Shown here: in pieces, positions 25,417 through 35,300 of the stretch
How the letters are laid out: every line of letters starts with the position of its first letter
Numbering within the stretch: position 1 is the stretch's first letter
Source: an uncultured Lachnospiraceae bacterium
GTDB taxonomy: Bacteria; Bacillota; Clostridia; Lachnospirales; Lachnospiraceae
Direction: 5' to 3'
Assembly (NCBI GenBank): GCA_902463835.1
Contig: CABQGZ010000001.1
Location: 1 to 44,954 of the forward strand
Length of the DNA: 44,954 bases
Position numbers and translations under genes: made by a program
The notes under the pieces: generated by a model
The model's input: only the letters and a program-made list of their open reading frames with translations
Told to the model about the DNA's origin: nothing
The model's database searches: none

Positions 25417-28400
25417 ATGAGAAAATGGAGGAAGGGCCTGAGCTTTCTTTTGGCGGCCAGTATGCTGGTATCTACGGCATTCGTATCGCCGCAAAGGGTT
25501 CAGGCGGAAACGAAAGAAAATGTTGCGCTGCACAAGACGGTGACCGTTGCGCCCGGCATGCCGGAGGCAGGAAAAGAACTGATCACCGACGGAGCAAAAG
25601 CAAGAGGCTGGGACAAGAGCTATATGTACCATACGTCAGCGGAGGCTGAGGACACGGCGACAAAGCCGTATATCACGATCGACCTGGGGGAGAGCTATGA
25701 TATTGATCAGATTGTGTATTTCGGTGTATGGCCGCCGGATGCAGGATACTATAATACATCCCATAACATGGTGATTCAGGTGTCCAACGATGCAGATTTT
25801 GCAGATGAGACTACAAAAACGGTATACAACACAGATGTGAATAATTTCTTTGGCTTTGGCGCAGGCACGGATGCTGCCGGATTGTACCAGGAGCCAAAGA
25901 ACGGGGAGGACGGCATCAGCGTCGAGTTCCCGACAACCAATGCCCGGTATGTGCGGTACTATCAGCACGGCGCTACCCAGCAGGGGCAGAGCACCAATTG
26001 CTGGCCCAACGCATTGACGGTGGGAGAGCTTGAGGTGTACACAGCCGGCGGAGAAATACCCGTTGTGCAGATCCCGGAGGGAAATGCTGCCTATCAGGCA
26101 GAAGTTACCGGTTCTGCGTTCAACTCCAAGGGGGCGGCCACCAATGGATGGTGGGGCGGTTACGGCCGCAACGATCTCTCCGACCTGACCTGCGGTTCCG
26201 TCACAGATAACTGGAAAGCCCCCAGTGTGAACGAGGACGGCGAACTGGGTGAGCTTGTCTATGTGCAGATGAAGCTGAAAAAAGCACAGGATATCAACAC
26301 CATCCAGATCTGGAGCAAGGGAGGCTTTACGTATCTGGCACAGATCGTTCAGATATCGGAGGACGGGAAGAACTGGACGAATGTGTACAATTCAGACACG
26401 GACAACAAGGCAGGACAGGATCCCTCTGATTCCGGAAAGACCGTCTGTGGAGGCAAGCTGGCGAATGGCACTCTGACCGGAGTGAAGGCGGGTGCGGATG
26501 AAGCCTATGCCGAAAATGGAGCAAAAACCATTGCCTTTGACACGACGAAGGCTCAGTATATCCGCTGGTGGTGCAGCGGCAACAGCACAGGCAACAGTCT
26601 GCCGCAGATGATTCAGCTGCAGGCATATAAGAAATGCATTGTCACCTTCGACTATAGAGATGGCGATAAGACAGAGAAGGTGTCTGTCACGGGCGGAAGC
26701 AACATCTCCAGGCCGGAAACACCCGTTTACTCAGTGGTCGGAAAGCTGTTTGACAGATGGACAGTAAATGAGGTTGGCGGCAAAGCGTGGGATTTTGGTG
26801 ATCCCGTCACCGAGGATATGATGCTTGTTGCCAACTGGATGGATGCGGACATTCATACCGTCACCTTTGACTCAGACGGCGGAACAGAGATCGCTCCGAT
26901 ACAGGTTACGGATAGTCTTGCCGTTGTCAGGCCGGAAAATCCCAGTAAGGAAGGAGCTGTCTTTGCAGGCTGGAAGCTGAATAAAGCGCCTTATAATTTC
27001 GGAAGCCCGGTGACAGGAGACATTACGCTTACCGCCACCTGGGTAGAACCAGCTCAGCCGGATGCGGTAGTGCTTCGTGCGGGTCTGCTGGACATGACCC
27101 TTGACAGCCATGGACAGGTGACGAAGCTTGTGAGCACTTTGGATGGAACAGACTACTATTCGGACGGACCGGATGGAAAATACAGAAGTCTGGTATCTTT
27201 GATCGCGGATTATCATATTGAGACGCCTACCTCTGTCTCCTATGATGAAAACGCAGGAATACTTACCTTTGGATTTGCCTCCATCAATGCGACGGCGGAA
27301 GTAACTGTGAAGAAACAGGGCGACTATACGTCTTTGACACTCTCTAAGGTGGAGAAACCGGACGGCATTTCCATACAGGCAATCCTTTGGGGACCAATCA
27401 AAAATACCATCACCACCGGAGGTCAGACGGTAGGAACCGCTTATGATGAGACATATGCCATCGGTATGCATATGCTGAATACCAAGACCATCGGCGGATG
27501 GCCCATCGAGTATAAGAATGATTTTTATGCGCCGGATCTGCCCACGGTAAACGGCTATGCGGATTCGCGTGTCACAAGAAATATCTATTCCAACACGGCA
27601 GCTTTCTCCACCTGGGGAAGCGCCCTGCAGGCATACACATGGGATTATACAAAGGATACCATGCGGACGATCGCTTATTTTTCGGAGGTAAAGCAAATGC
27701 AGCCCGCTATGACTGGAAAGTATGCGGATGAACTTGCCAGCATGATCGGATCCTCCGTGGCGCTGTATGGAACAAGACGGGACAATATACTGAATGTGAT
27801 ATCGAATATCCAGATCAAGGAGGGATTGCCGCATATCACCATCAATGGCCAGTGGCAGAAGACCTCTGTGGAGACAGGACAGGATTTCCTGGTATTCAAT
27901 GATGCGATCTGGGGACTGGATGTTGTAGAAAATGACGCAAAGATGGCCAACGCAGCCGGGATCAATTACATCTATGGCCAGTATGGCGCAGGCGGCCCCT
28001 GGAACGGTGACGGCTCCTATGAATTTAACGGTCTGTTTGGCGGTTCCGATGAGAATGCCAGGCTGTTGGTTGAAAAAGCTGCGGAATATGATGTGTATGT
28101 GGGTACACACACCCTGTCGAACCTTATCTCCTGGGGCACCAAATACATGACGCCGGAGGCCAGCAGCGCGTTATCCTACGCAGGATTTGCAGGATTGACC
28201 AGGGAGGCGGCAGCCTCGGATACGGAGCTCTATGTGAAGGACGGGCATCCATTCTCAAATGAAGTGGTAGGCGCATCCGGCGGCAGCAGACTTTTAAGAA
28301 TCGACAAAGAGCTGGTAACCTTTACCGATTGTGTTCAGGTAGGGGATGGGGAATGGAAGCTGACAGGCTGTACCCGCGGTGTGAATGGCACAAAGGCGGC

Positions 28401-30261
28401 AGACTACGTTGTCAGTGAGAATGTATATAAGCTCTGGGCTTACTACACATGCCCGGCACTGGGCGGATGGGAGTCCATCGAGCCGATGACTTCCCGTATG
28501 GGTGAAGTATATGGAGATATCGGCATCCACTGTATGTCCTATGATTCCTTTGAATCAACAAAATACTCAGTGTACAGCTCCATGCTTCCCGCAATGTACA
28601 TGAAGAGTGTATATAATGAGGTGAAGGAAGCTGGCAAGGCGGACGGATTCCTCACGGAAGCAAGTGATATGGACACCAATGTATGGGATGTACATTCCAG
28701 AATCAGCTGGGGCGAGTCCAATACACCGATCCATGCCATGATGAATTATCTGAATTACTACGAGCAGAACTTCTTCCCCTGTATGTTGGGATGGATGTAT
28801 GACCACGGAAATCACGGCGGATACGGGAAAGCGCAGCTGCTGATGAATCTGTCCATGAAGGGCGGCTGGAATGCCGGTGCAGGCTGGTATGTGAACCGGA
28901 ACACATTTAATTCTTATCCGTATATGGCGGAAATGCTCAAGACCTGGAACAACGCAATCCAGAAGGGAGCCTTTGTAGTCGGCGGTGAATACACCAAAGA
29001 GCTTCAGAATGAGATGAAAAACGCATGGATAAACGGAAAAGTATGGACCTTGACAGAGACGGTGGCGGACAAGGAATGGACGCTGCAGCAGGTGAATAAG
29101 GCGAATCTGGAAGAGAAAATAGGAGAGCCGGTTACACTGTATGCCACCAATAAGATTGCTGTTGAACAGACGGAAAACGGTGATATCGCAACCAGCGCTT
29201 CCAGGGATTACTCCAGAGTCCACGAGGGTGATGTTGTGACGGTATATGAGCAGGCATTTGACGGTTATCGCATGAAAGCCGGAACCTTGACCGTAACAGG
29301 TGTGGACGGAGCGGCTTGTGATCTGACGCCAGTGGAGGGAGAATCGGGAGCTTATACCTTTACGATGCCAGCCCAGGATGTGACCATCACAGCGGAGTTC
29401 GAGGCGGAGAAGCAGGAGACGGACAAGGCGGATAAATATCTGCTGCAGGCGACTTATGATTATGCCCAGACCTTAAGCACCGACGGTGTGACAGCCAGTG
29501 CAAAAGCGTTCTTTGAGAAAGCGTTGGCAGCTGCAAAGGTCGTTCTAGAGGATGAGGAAGCGGTTCAGGCAGAGGTTGACCAGGCATGGGACAATCTGCT
29601 GAAAGGTATCTGGGGTCTTGGTATTGTAAAAGGTGACAAGACTTATCTGGAACAGCTCATCTGGAAAGCGGAGAGCATGATGCCCAACGCGGACAAGTAT
29701 GTAGAGAGCTATTGGCCGCAGCTGACAGAAGCATTGGAGGCCGGAAAGGGCGTGTTCAATGATGAGGATGCCCTGGATGAGGATATTGAACCTGTGGTAG
29801 ATACACTGCTTAACGCGATACTTGCCCAGCGATTCAAAGCGGATAAGTCCAATCTTCAGGAACTGATCAACAAGGCTTCCGGAATCGACTTGACCCGGTA
29901 TACAGAGGAGAGTGTAAGTGTTCTGAAAGCAGCTATGAGGTCTGCAAAGGCAGTTATGGATGATGTGAATCTGAGTACAGATGACCAGACAAAGGTGGAT
30001 GAGGCAGCAAAAGAGTTAAATGATGCTATTGAGAGACTTGTGAAGGAAGCCTCCGTTGACGGCGATAGCGATGATAAGAACAATACGGAAGAAGGCGGAG
30101 GTAAGAACGGCAGTGCTGGAGACAACAGTAAGCCCAATGCGCCAAAGACGGGTGATCAGAGCGATGGCTTAATTTGGATGTTCCTGGTTATTGCAGCTTT
30201 TGGCATAGCCATGTTGGTTGTGAGAAAGAAGAGAGAAGACAGGAAATATGAAATGATGTAG
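25417..30261 (+). CDS. Giant surface protein E (1614 aa): signal peptide, 2 F5/8 type C modules, 2 Listeria-Bacteroides (Flg_new) repeats, ~690-aa unassigned central region, InlB-B-repeat-like domain, 3 FIVAR-like repeats, APKTG sortase signal
   Basis: AAGGAGAGGAG RBS precedes the start. MRKWRKGLSFLLAASMLVSTAFVSPQRVQAE looks like a signal peptide. 'VTFDYRDGDK...FDRWTV...LVANW' and 'VTFDSDGGTE...FAGWKL...LTATW' (26641-27050) are Flg_new-like. 'VTVYEQAFDGYRMKAGTLTVTG...YTFTMPAQDVTITAEF' is InlB-B-like. The C-terminus is APKTGD, then a TM segment, then RKKREDRK. Confidence 0.9.
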   Translation: MRKWRKGLSFLLAASMLVSTAFVSPQRVQAETKENVALHKTVTVAPGMPEAGKELITDGAKARGWDKSYMYHTSAEAEDTATKPYITIDLGESYDIDQIVYFGVWPPDAGYYNTSHNMVIQVSNDADFADETTKTVYNTDVNNFFGFGAGTDAAGLYQEPKNGEDGISVEFPTTNARYVRYYQHGATQQGQSTNCWPNALTVGELEVYTAGGEIPVVQIPEGNAAYQAEVTGSAFNSKGAATNGWWGGYGRNDLSDLTCGSVTDNWKAPSVNEDGELGELVYVQMKLKKAQDINTIQIWSKGGFTYLAQIVQISEDGKNWTNVYNSDTDNKAGQDPSDSGKTVCGGKLANGTLTGVKAGADEAYAENGAKTIAFDTTKAQYIRWWCSGNSTGNSLPQMIQLQAYKKCIVTFDYRDGDKTEKVSVTGGSNISRPETPVYSVVGKLFDRWTVNEVGGKAWDFGDPVTEDMMLVANWMDADIHTVTFDSDGGTEIAPIQVTDSLAVVRPENPSKEGAVFAGWKLNKAPYNFGSPVTGDITLTATWVEPAQPDAVVLRAGLLDMTLDSHGQVTKLVSTLDGTDYYSDGPDGKYRSLVSLIADYHIETPTSVSYDENAGILTFGFASINATAEVTVKKQGDYTSLTLSKVEKPDGISIQAILWGPIKNTITTGGQTVGTAYDETYAIGMHMLNTKTIGGWPIEYKNDFYAPDLPTVNGYADSRVTRNIYSNTAAFSTWGSALQAYTWDYTKDTMRTIAYFSEVKQMQPAMTGKYADELASMIGSSVALYGTRRDNILNVISNIQIKEGLPHITINGQWQKTSVETGQDFLVFNDAIWGLDVVENDAKMANAAGINYIYGQYGAGGPWNGDGSYEFNGLFGGSDENARLLVEKAAEYDVYVGTHTLSNLISWGTKYMTPEASSALSYAGFAGLTREAAASDTELYVKDGHPFSNEVVGASGGSRLLRIDKELVTFTDCVQVGDGEWKLTGCTRGVNGTKAADYVVSENVYKLWAYYTCPALGGWESIEPMTSRMGEVYGDIGIHCMSYDSFESTKYSVYSSMLPAMYMKSVYNEVKEAGKADGFLTEASDMDTNVWDVHSRISWGESNTPIHAMMNYLNYYEQNFFPCMLGWMYDHGNHGGYGKAQLLMNLSMKGGWNAGAGWYVNRNTFNSYPYMAEMLKTWNNAIQKGAFVVGGEYTKELQNEMKNAWINGKVWTLTETVADKEWTLQQVNKANLEEKIGEPVTLYATNKIAVEQTENGDIATSASRDYSRVHEGDVVTVYEQAFDGYRMKAGTLTVTGVDGAACDLTPVEGESGAYTFTMPAQDVTITAEFEAEKQETDKADKYLLQATYDYAQTLSTDGVTASAKAFFEKALAAAKVVLEDEEAVQAEVDQAWDNLLKGIWGLGIVKGDKTYLEQLIWKAESMMPNADKYVESYWPQLTEALEAGKGVFNDEDALDEDIEPVVDTLLNAILAQRFKADKSNLQELINKASGIDLTRYTEESVSVLKAAMRSAKAVMDDVNLSTDDQTKVDEAAKELNDAIERLVKEASVDGDSDDKNNTEEGGGKNGSAGDNSKPNAPKTGDQSDGLIWMFLVIAAFGIAMLVVRKKREDRKYEMM
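29425..30048 (+). repeat. C-terminal stalk cassette, copy 5 (3 FIVAR-like repeats)
   Basis: KADKYLLQATYDYAQTLSTDGV...FKADKSNLQELINKASGIDLTRYT...ELNDAIERLVKE. Confidence 0.7.
30139..30261 (+). other. Cell-wall sorting signal: APKTG motif, hydrophobic segment, basic tail
   Basis: APKTGDQSDGLIWMFLVIAAFGIAMLVVRKKREDRKYEMM. Confidence 0.75.
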
Positions 30262-30282
30262 ATGAAAATGAAATTATTCGTC

Positions 30283-30310
30283 AGAGAGTGCATTTATGCA
30301 CTCTCTTTTA
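30283..30310 (+). terminator. Perfect 10-bp hairpin with a short T-run between gene E and the downstream operon (partial terminator or attenuator)
   Basis: AGAGAGTGCA (30283-30292), TTTA loop, TGCACTCTCT (30297-30306), then TTTA. The AAGGAG RBS of the next gene follows immediately. Confidence 0.5.
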
Positions 30311-30321
30311 AGGAGCTTATC

Positions 30322-31296
30322 ATGACAGAAAGAGAACGTTTTATCAAAACCTTAAAGTGTGAAAAAATCGGGGGACGTGTACCGCATTTTGAACTGGTAT
30401 TTTTTCTTACGATGGAGGCTTTTGGCAAGATGCATCCCCAGCATCGGCTTTATAACCAGTGGAATCAGATGAGTTATCAGGAACAGAAATGCCAGATTAG
30501 TGATATTGCGGATGTACTCATTGATACAGCCAGAAAGTATAATCACAGCGCAATTTTTGTGCAGACAAACCTCCAGGGTGTGGATAACATACAGTGGATT
30601 CTTGAGACCATCCGGGAAAAATCCGGCGATGAATATTATCTGATGATGCACGGGGATCCTACCTGGGCCATTCCCGACGGAGATTCTATGATGGATTTTG
30701 CCGTACAGATGCTGGAGGAGCCGGAGAAGCTCAATGAGATTTCCAGGCAGCGGGTGGAGGAACATTATCAGCTTGCCAGGGAACTGGATCAGAGAGGCCA
30801 TTTGCTGGATGGGTTCACCCTATGCTCTGATTACTGCTTCAATGTCAATCCATTTTTTGCGCCGGAGCAGTTTGCGGAACTGGTAGCGCCGTATTTGAAA
30901 GAAATCATTGATGCCTACCGGGATATGGGATATTACACGATCAAACATACCGACGGAAATATTATGCCCATATTGGATCAGATTGCAGCCTGCAGACCGG
31001 ACGCCATACATTCTTTGGATCCCCAGGGGGGCGTCAGTATTCCAAGGGTTCGGGAAATTGTAGGAGACAAGATTGCACTGGTTGGAAATGTGAACTGCGG
31101 TCTGCTGCAGACTGGAACCGATGAGGAATGTGATGCGGATGTGATGCGTTCACTGCGGGAAGGAATGGCAGCTGGAAAAGGATATATTTTTTCCACATCG
31201 AACTGCGTCTATACGGGAATGCCTCTGAAGCGGTATGAGCGGATGCTGGAGCTGTGGCAAAAATATGGTGATTATTCGATAGAGTCTAATAGATAA
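30322..31296 (+). CDS. URO-D/MtaA-like family protein 2, cytoplasmic
   Basis: AAGGAG (30310-30315) lies 6 nt before ATG 30322; the upstream part of the ORF from 30262 overlaps the hairpin. 'ERERFIKTLKCEKIGGRVPHFE' has an MtaA/URO-D-like N-terminus. 'IKHTDGNIMPILDQIAACRPDAIHSLDP' is present (HTDGN at 30946-30960). Confidence 0.85.
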   Translation: MTERERFIKTLKCEKIGGRVPHFELVFFLTMEAFGKMHPQHRLYNQWNQMSYQEQKCQISDIADVLIDTARKYNHSAIFVQTNLQGVDNIQWILETIREKSGDEYYLMMHGDPTWAIPDGDSMMDFAVQMLEEPEKLNEISRQRVEEHYQLARELDQRGHLLDGFTLCSDYCFNVNPFFAPEQFAELVAPYLKEIIDAYRDMGYYTIKHTDGNIMPILDQIAACRPDAIHSLDPQGGVSIPRVREIVGDKIALVGNVNCGLLQTGTDEECDADVMRSLREGMAAGKGYIFSTSNCVYTGMPLKRYERMLELWQKYGDYSIESNR

Positions 31297-31325
31297 AAGA
31301 AAGTTTCGCTGGAGGAGAGCATGAA

Positions 31326-32354
31326 ATGAGAACATTGACACGAGAAGAAGTAAAAAATGTGATAGAAGGAAAAGGAAGAGCGGAACGAATCCCGCTGCTG
31401 TATGATCTGTGGATCTATAATAACATGTTTGGAGAGGATGAGAAGATCTATCAGGAGTGGCAGAGACAGTATCCCTGCGATGTGGATGAAGTGTTTTTGA
31501 ATATGCCGGGAATGACGGAGGGGCCGGCGGAGGATCCGGCATTTTTCTGGGCGCCGCCGGGAGCAAGAAGCCAGGAAGGAAAAGGATTGGATGCCCAGTG
31601 TGTACTGGAGGACTGGGAGAATGAGGAGGAGGTAGAGACTTTCTTTCAGACATTTCCGGATCCGGAATCACCGGCACTTATCACCTGTGAGAAGGAAAAG
31701 GATGGGCGGTATCTTCTGGGGCGTTGGTGGTATTGTTTTTTTGAACGGCTCTGGTCCTTGCGGGGGATGGAGAATGCATTGACTGATTTTTTCCTGTATC
31801 CAGACGAGGTACACCGACTGTTCTCCAGATTGACCGATTTCTATATGAGATGCATGGAGCGGGCCAAGGAAGCCTGGGATGTGGACGGTTTCTTTGTGTC
31901 GGATGATATCGGAACCCAGACAGGTCCCTTTTTCTCACTGGAAATCTTCCGGGAGTTCTTTAAGCCTTATTATAAGAAGCTGATCGACAAGGCTCATGAG
32001 CTGGGAACGCATTTCTGGCTTCACAGCTGCGGCAATATACAGATATTCCTGCCGGAATTCATTGAGATCGGACTGGATGTGATTCATCCCATCCAGAAGA
32101 ACACTATGAAGGAAGAGGAGATCGCAAAAGAATTTGGCAGCCAGATCTGCATCCTTGCGGGATTTGAGGTACAGCGTCTGATGGCGTTTGGGACAGTGGA
32201 AGAGGTGAAGGAGGAAGTGAATTTTCTGGTGAAGACCTATGACCGGCTGGAGGGACATCTGATGCTGACCATGGGGAATGGTTCTACCCCGGACTGGAAG
32301 ATAGAGAATCTGGATGCGGTATATGAGGCATCTATGAAAGCTTTAGGAGACTGA
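31326..32354 (+). CDS. URO-D/MtaA-like family protein 3, cytoplasmic; retains an H-x-C-G motif
   Basis: GGAGGAG (31311-31317) lies 8 nt before ATG 31326. 'FWLHSCGNIQIFLPEFIEIGLDVIHPIQ' (HSCGN at 32022-32036) resembles the zinc-site strand of MtaA/MT2-type methyltransferases. Paralogous to the two other URO-D-like ORFs. Confidence 0.85.
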   Translation: MRTLTREEVKNVIEGKGRAERIPLLYDLWIYNNMFGEDEKIYQEWQRQYPCDVDEVFLNMPGMTEGPAEDPAFFWAPPGARSQEGKGLDAQCVLEDWENEEEVETFFQTFPDPESPALITCEKEKDGRYLLGRWWYCFFERLWSLRGMENALTDFFLYPDEVHRLFSRLTDFYMRCMERAKEAWDVDGFFVSDDIGTQTGPFFSLEIFREFFKPYYKKLIDKAHELGTHFWLHSCGNIQIFLPEFIEIGLDVIHPIQKNTMKEEEIAKEFGSQICILAGFEVQRLMAFGTVEEVKEEVNFLVKTYDRLEGHLMLTMGNGSTPDWKIENLDAVYEASMKALGD

Positions 32355-32355
32355 C

Positions 32356-35300
32356 ATGCAAAAAAACTTTTTAGCCATTGAAAAATTTCAGAGACGTGTG
32401 GAGGAACTGTGCGAGAGGAGATACTTTTCCAGACAGAGTATCGCGCCCTTTGTCTCCATGCCGGGGTCTTGTCCGGCGGATGAGGCCTATCATGAGATCC
32501 CGGAAAAAATAGAGGGAGAGGCCTTTGGACTGGACGATATGTTCAGCGGCCGGGATTGTTATCTCTGGCTGGAGAAGCGCTTGTGTCTGCCAGAGCCCAG
32601 AGAGGATAGCCAGGTGGCAATACTTTTTGATATGAGTGAAACCGGGTCAGGCGGCAGAAGTGCGGAAGGCTTGCTCTATGTAGATGGAATCTGCTATCAG
32701 GGGATCGATGCCAATCACCGGGAGGTGATTTTTACAGAGGAGGCGGGGAAGGAGGTGCGGCTGACCTTCCTGCTGTGGACCGGTCTGGAGGAGGGCGGCT
32801 CCAGGAAGAACATGCATCACCGGCTTAAGCAGGCGGATATCGCATATCTTCATAAGAAGACAGACGAACTGTATTATTATGGCAGGGCCATCACCGGAAC
32901 ACTGGAGCTGCTTGGAGAGGAGAACGAGAATTATCAGAATCTGATTGCGGTCCTGGAGCGGGCATTGCGGTGTATTGACTGGGACAGTGAGCGTTTCTAT
33001 GAATCGGCAGATCAGGCCTGGCAGGTATTGATGAAGGAGCTGAACCGACTGGAAAAGCACACGGAGGTGACGGTACATGCGGTAGGTCATACCCACATTG
33101 ATCTGGCCTGGCTGTGGAGATTGAAGCATACAAGAGAGAAGGCTCAGCGCTCTTTTTCCACGGTGCTGCATCTCATGGATCAGTATAGAGAATACAGGTT
33201 CCTTCAGAGCCAGCCCCAGCTGTACAAATTCGTAAAAGAGGATAATCCCAAGCTGTATGAGAGAATCCGGGCGAAGATTCAGGAAGGAGCCTGGGAGCCG
33301 GACGGCGGTATGTGGGTGGAAGCGGACTGCAACATCCCCTCCGGGGAATCCCTGGTGCGCCAGTTCCTGTATGGAACACGGTTCATGGAGCAGGAGTTCG
33401 GGAAAAAATGTGAATTCCTGTGGCTTCCGGACGTGTTTGGCTACAGCTGGGCTTTGCCCCAGATTCTAAAGCAGTGTGAGATCGATACGTTTATGACCAT
33501 CAAGATTGGCTGGAACCAGTATAATACCTTTCCCTGCGATCTGTTCAAGTGGAGAGGCATGGACGGAACAGAAATACTTACTTATTTTATCAGCACTCCA
33601 GACGATGGGGAGCCGGATGAGGTGAGAAGTTCCACCTACAACGGAGTCATCACGCCCTATACCGTGAAGAAATGCTGGAAGCGGTTCAAGAACAAGGAAT
33701 TGAGTAAGGATGTTTTATTTGCCTTTGGGTATGGGGACGGCGGCGGAAGCGCCAACCGGGATATGCTGGAGCTTGGAAGAGCCATTGACCGTCTGCCGGG
33801 CATGCCTCATGTGAAGCAGTCCCCAGCGGGTGAATTCTTCCGTAAGATCCACGATCAGGTGGAGCATACCGATCAATATGTGCACACCTGGGACGGAGAG
33901 CTGTATTTTGAACTTCACAGGGGAACCTACACCTCCCAGAGCAGAACAAAGCGTTACAATCGCAGACTGGAGCATATGCTGGGGCAGAGTGAGTGGCTGT
34001 CGTCCCTGCTATATTTGCAAAAGGGTGAATATCCTTGGCAGGAGCTTCATGACAGCTGGGAATGTGTGCTGCTGCACCAGTTCCACGATATTATTCCGGG
34101 TTCCTCCATTCATGAGGTATATGAGGATGCCCAAAAGAGCTACCGGCGCACAGAGGAGCAGACGGCACTGGTGTGCGAAAAGGTGCTGGAAGGATTGAAA
34201 AAAGAGACAGAGAATACATACGGCATATATTCCGCCAACAGCTTTGGTGGAATGGAGTTGGTGAATATTCCGGAGAAAAGAAACGGAAGCTTTTACGATG
34301 CAGAGGGAAATCAATTGGAAGCCACAGGGAGCCCAGAGGGCTATGACGTGTGGATGGATGTGAAGCCTTTATCGGTGAGCAATATCACATTCGTGCCGGA
34401 GGACGGAGAGAATAAGAAAGCGGAGCCGGAAGATGCTTTAAAGAATTGGAGCATCCAGATGGATGAAAAACGGATAGAGACACCCTTCTATTCCATGGAA
34501 TGGGACGGGAGTGGAAACTTGATCCTGCTGTATGACAAGGAGGAGAGGCGATCGGTACTGGGCGCTGGCGGCAGGGGAAACGTGCTGGAGGTATACGAGG
34601 ATAAGCCGCTGCATTTTGACGCCTGGGATCTCGATATTTTCCATCTTCAGAAGAAGGAGATCATGGAGCTTGCGAAACCGGCAGAGCTGGCGGAACAGAA
34701 TGAGCGGAAAGCGGTGCTTCGATTCACGTATCTTTACCGGAAGTCCAGGGTGATTCAGGATATGGTGGTATACCGGGATTCCAGAAGGATTGATTTCCGA
34801 ACCCAGGTGGACTGGCAGGAGGATCACAGAATCCTGAAAGCGGCCTTCGACACGGATATCCGAAATACGGAGGCGGCCTATGACAGCCAGTTTGGCCATG
34901 TAAAACGTCCCACCCACTGGAATCAGAGCTGGGATCTGGCCAGATTCGAGGTCTGCGGGCATAAGTGGGCGGATCTGTCTGAGACAGGTTACGGCGTCAG
35001 TCTCCTGAATGATTGCAAATATGGCTACAGTGTCAAGGATAGTACTATGCGGATCAGCCTTCTGAAGAGCGCCAAGTACCCGGATACGGAGGCGGATATG
35101 GGAACGCATCTTTTTACCTACAGTCTCTATCCTCACAGAGGGGATCTGACCCAGGGCGGAACCATAGCGGCGGCGAATCAGCTGAATCACCCGGCACAGG
35201 TGCTGAAAGGGGCATTTGCGGATACAAGACTGCTGCTGGGACTTGTGGGAGAGGGCGTCATGATCGACGCCGTCAAGAAGGCGGAGGATGAGGAATGCCT

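Noticed and set aside
3729-30048. Five dispersed repeats considered as CRISPR-like or mobile-element (IS/MITE) copies
   Set aside because: The repeats are 0.6-0.8 kb, in-frame coding segments at gene 3' ends, and are separated by 5-7 kb of unique coding sequence. There are no terminal inverted repeats, transposase or cas genes.
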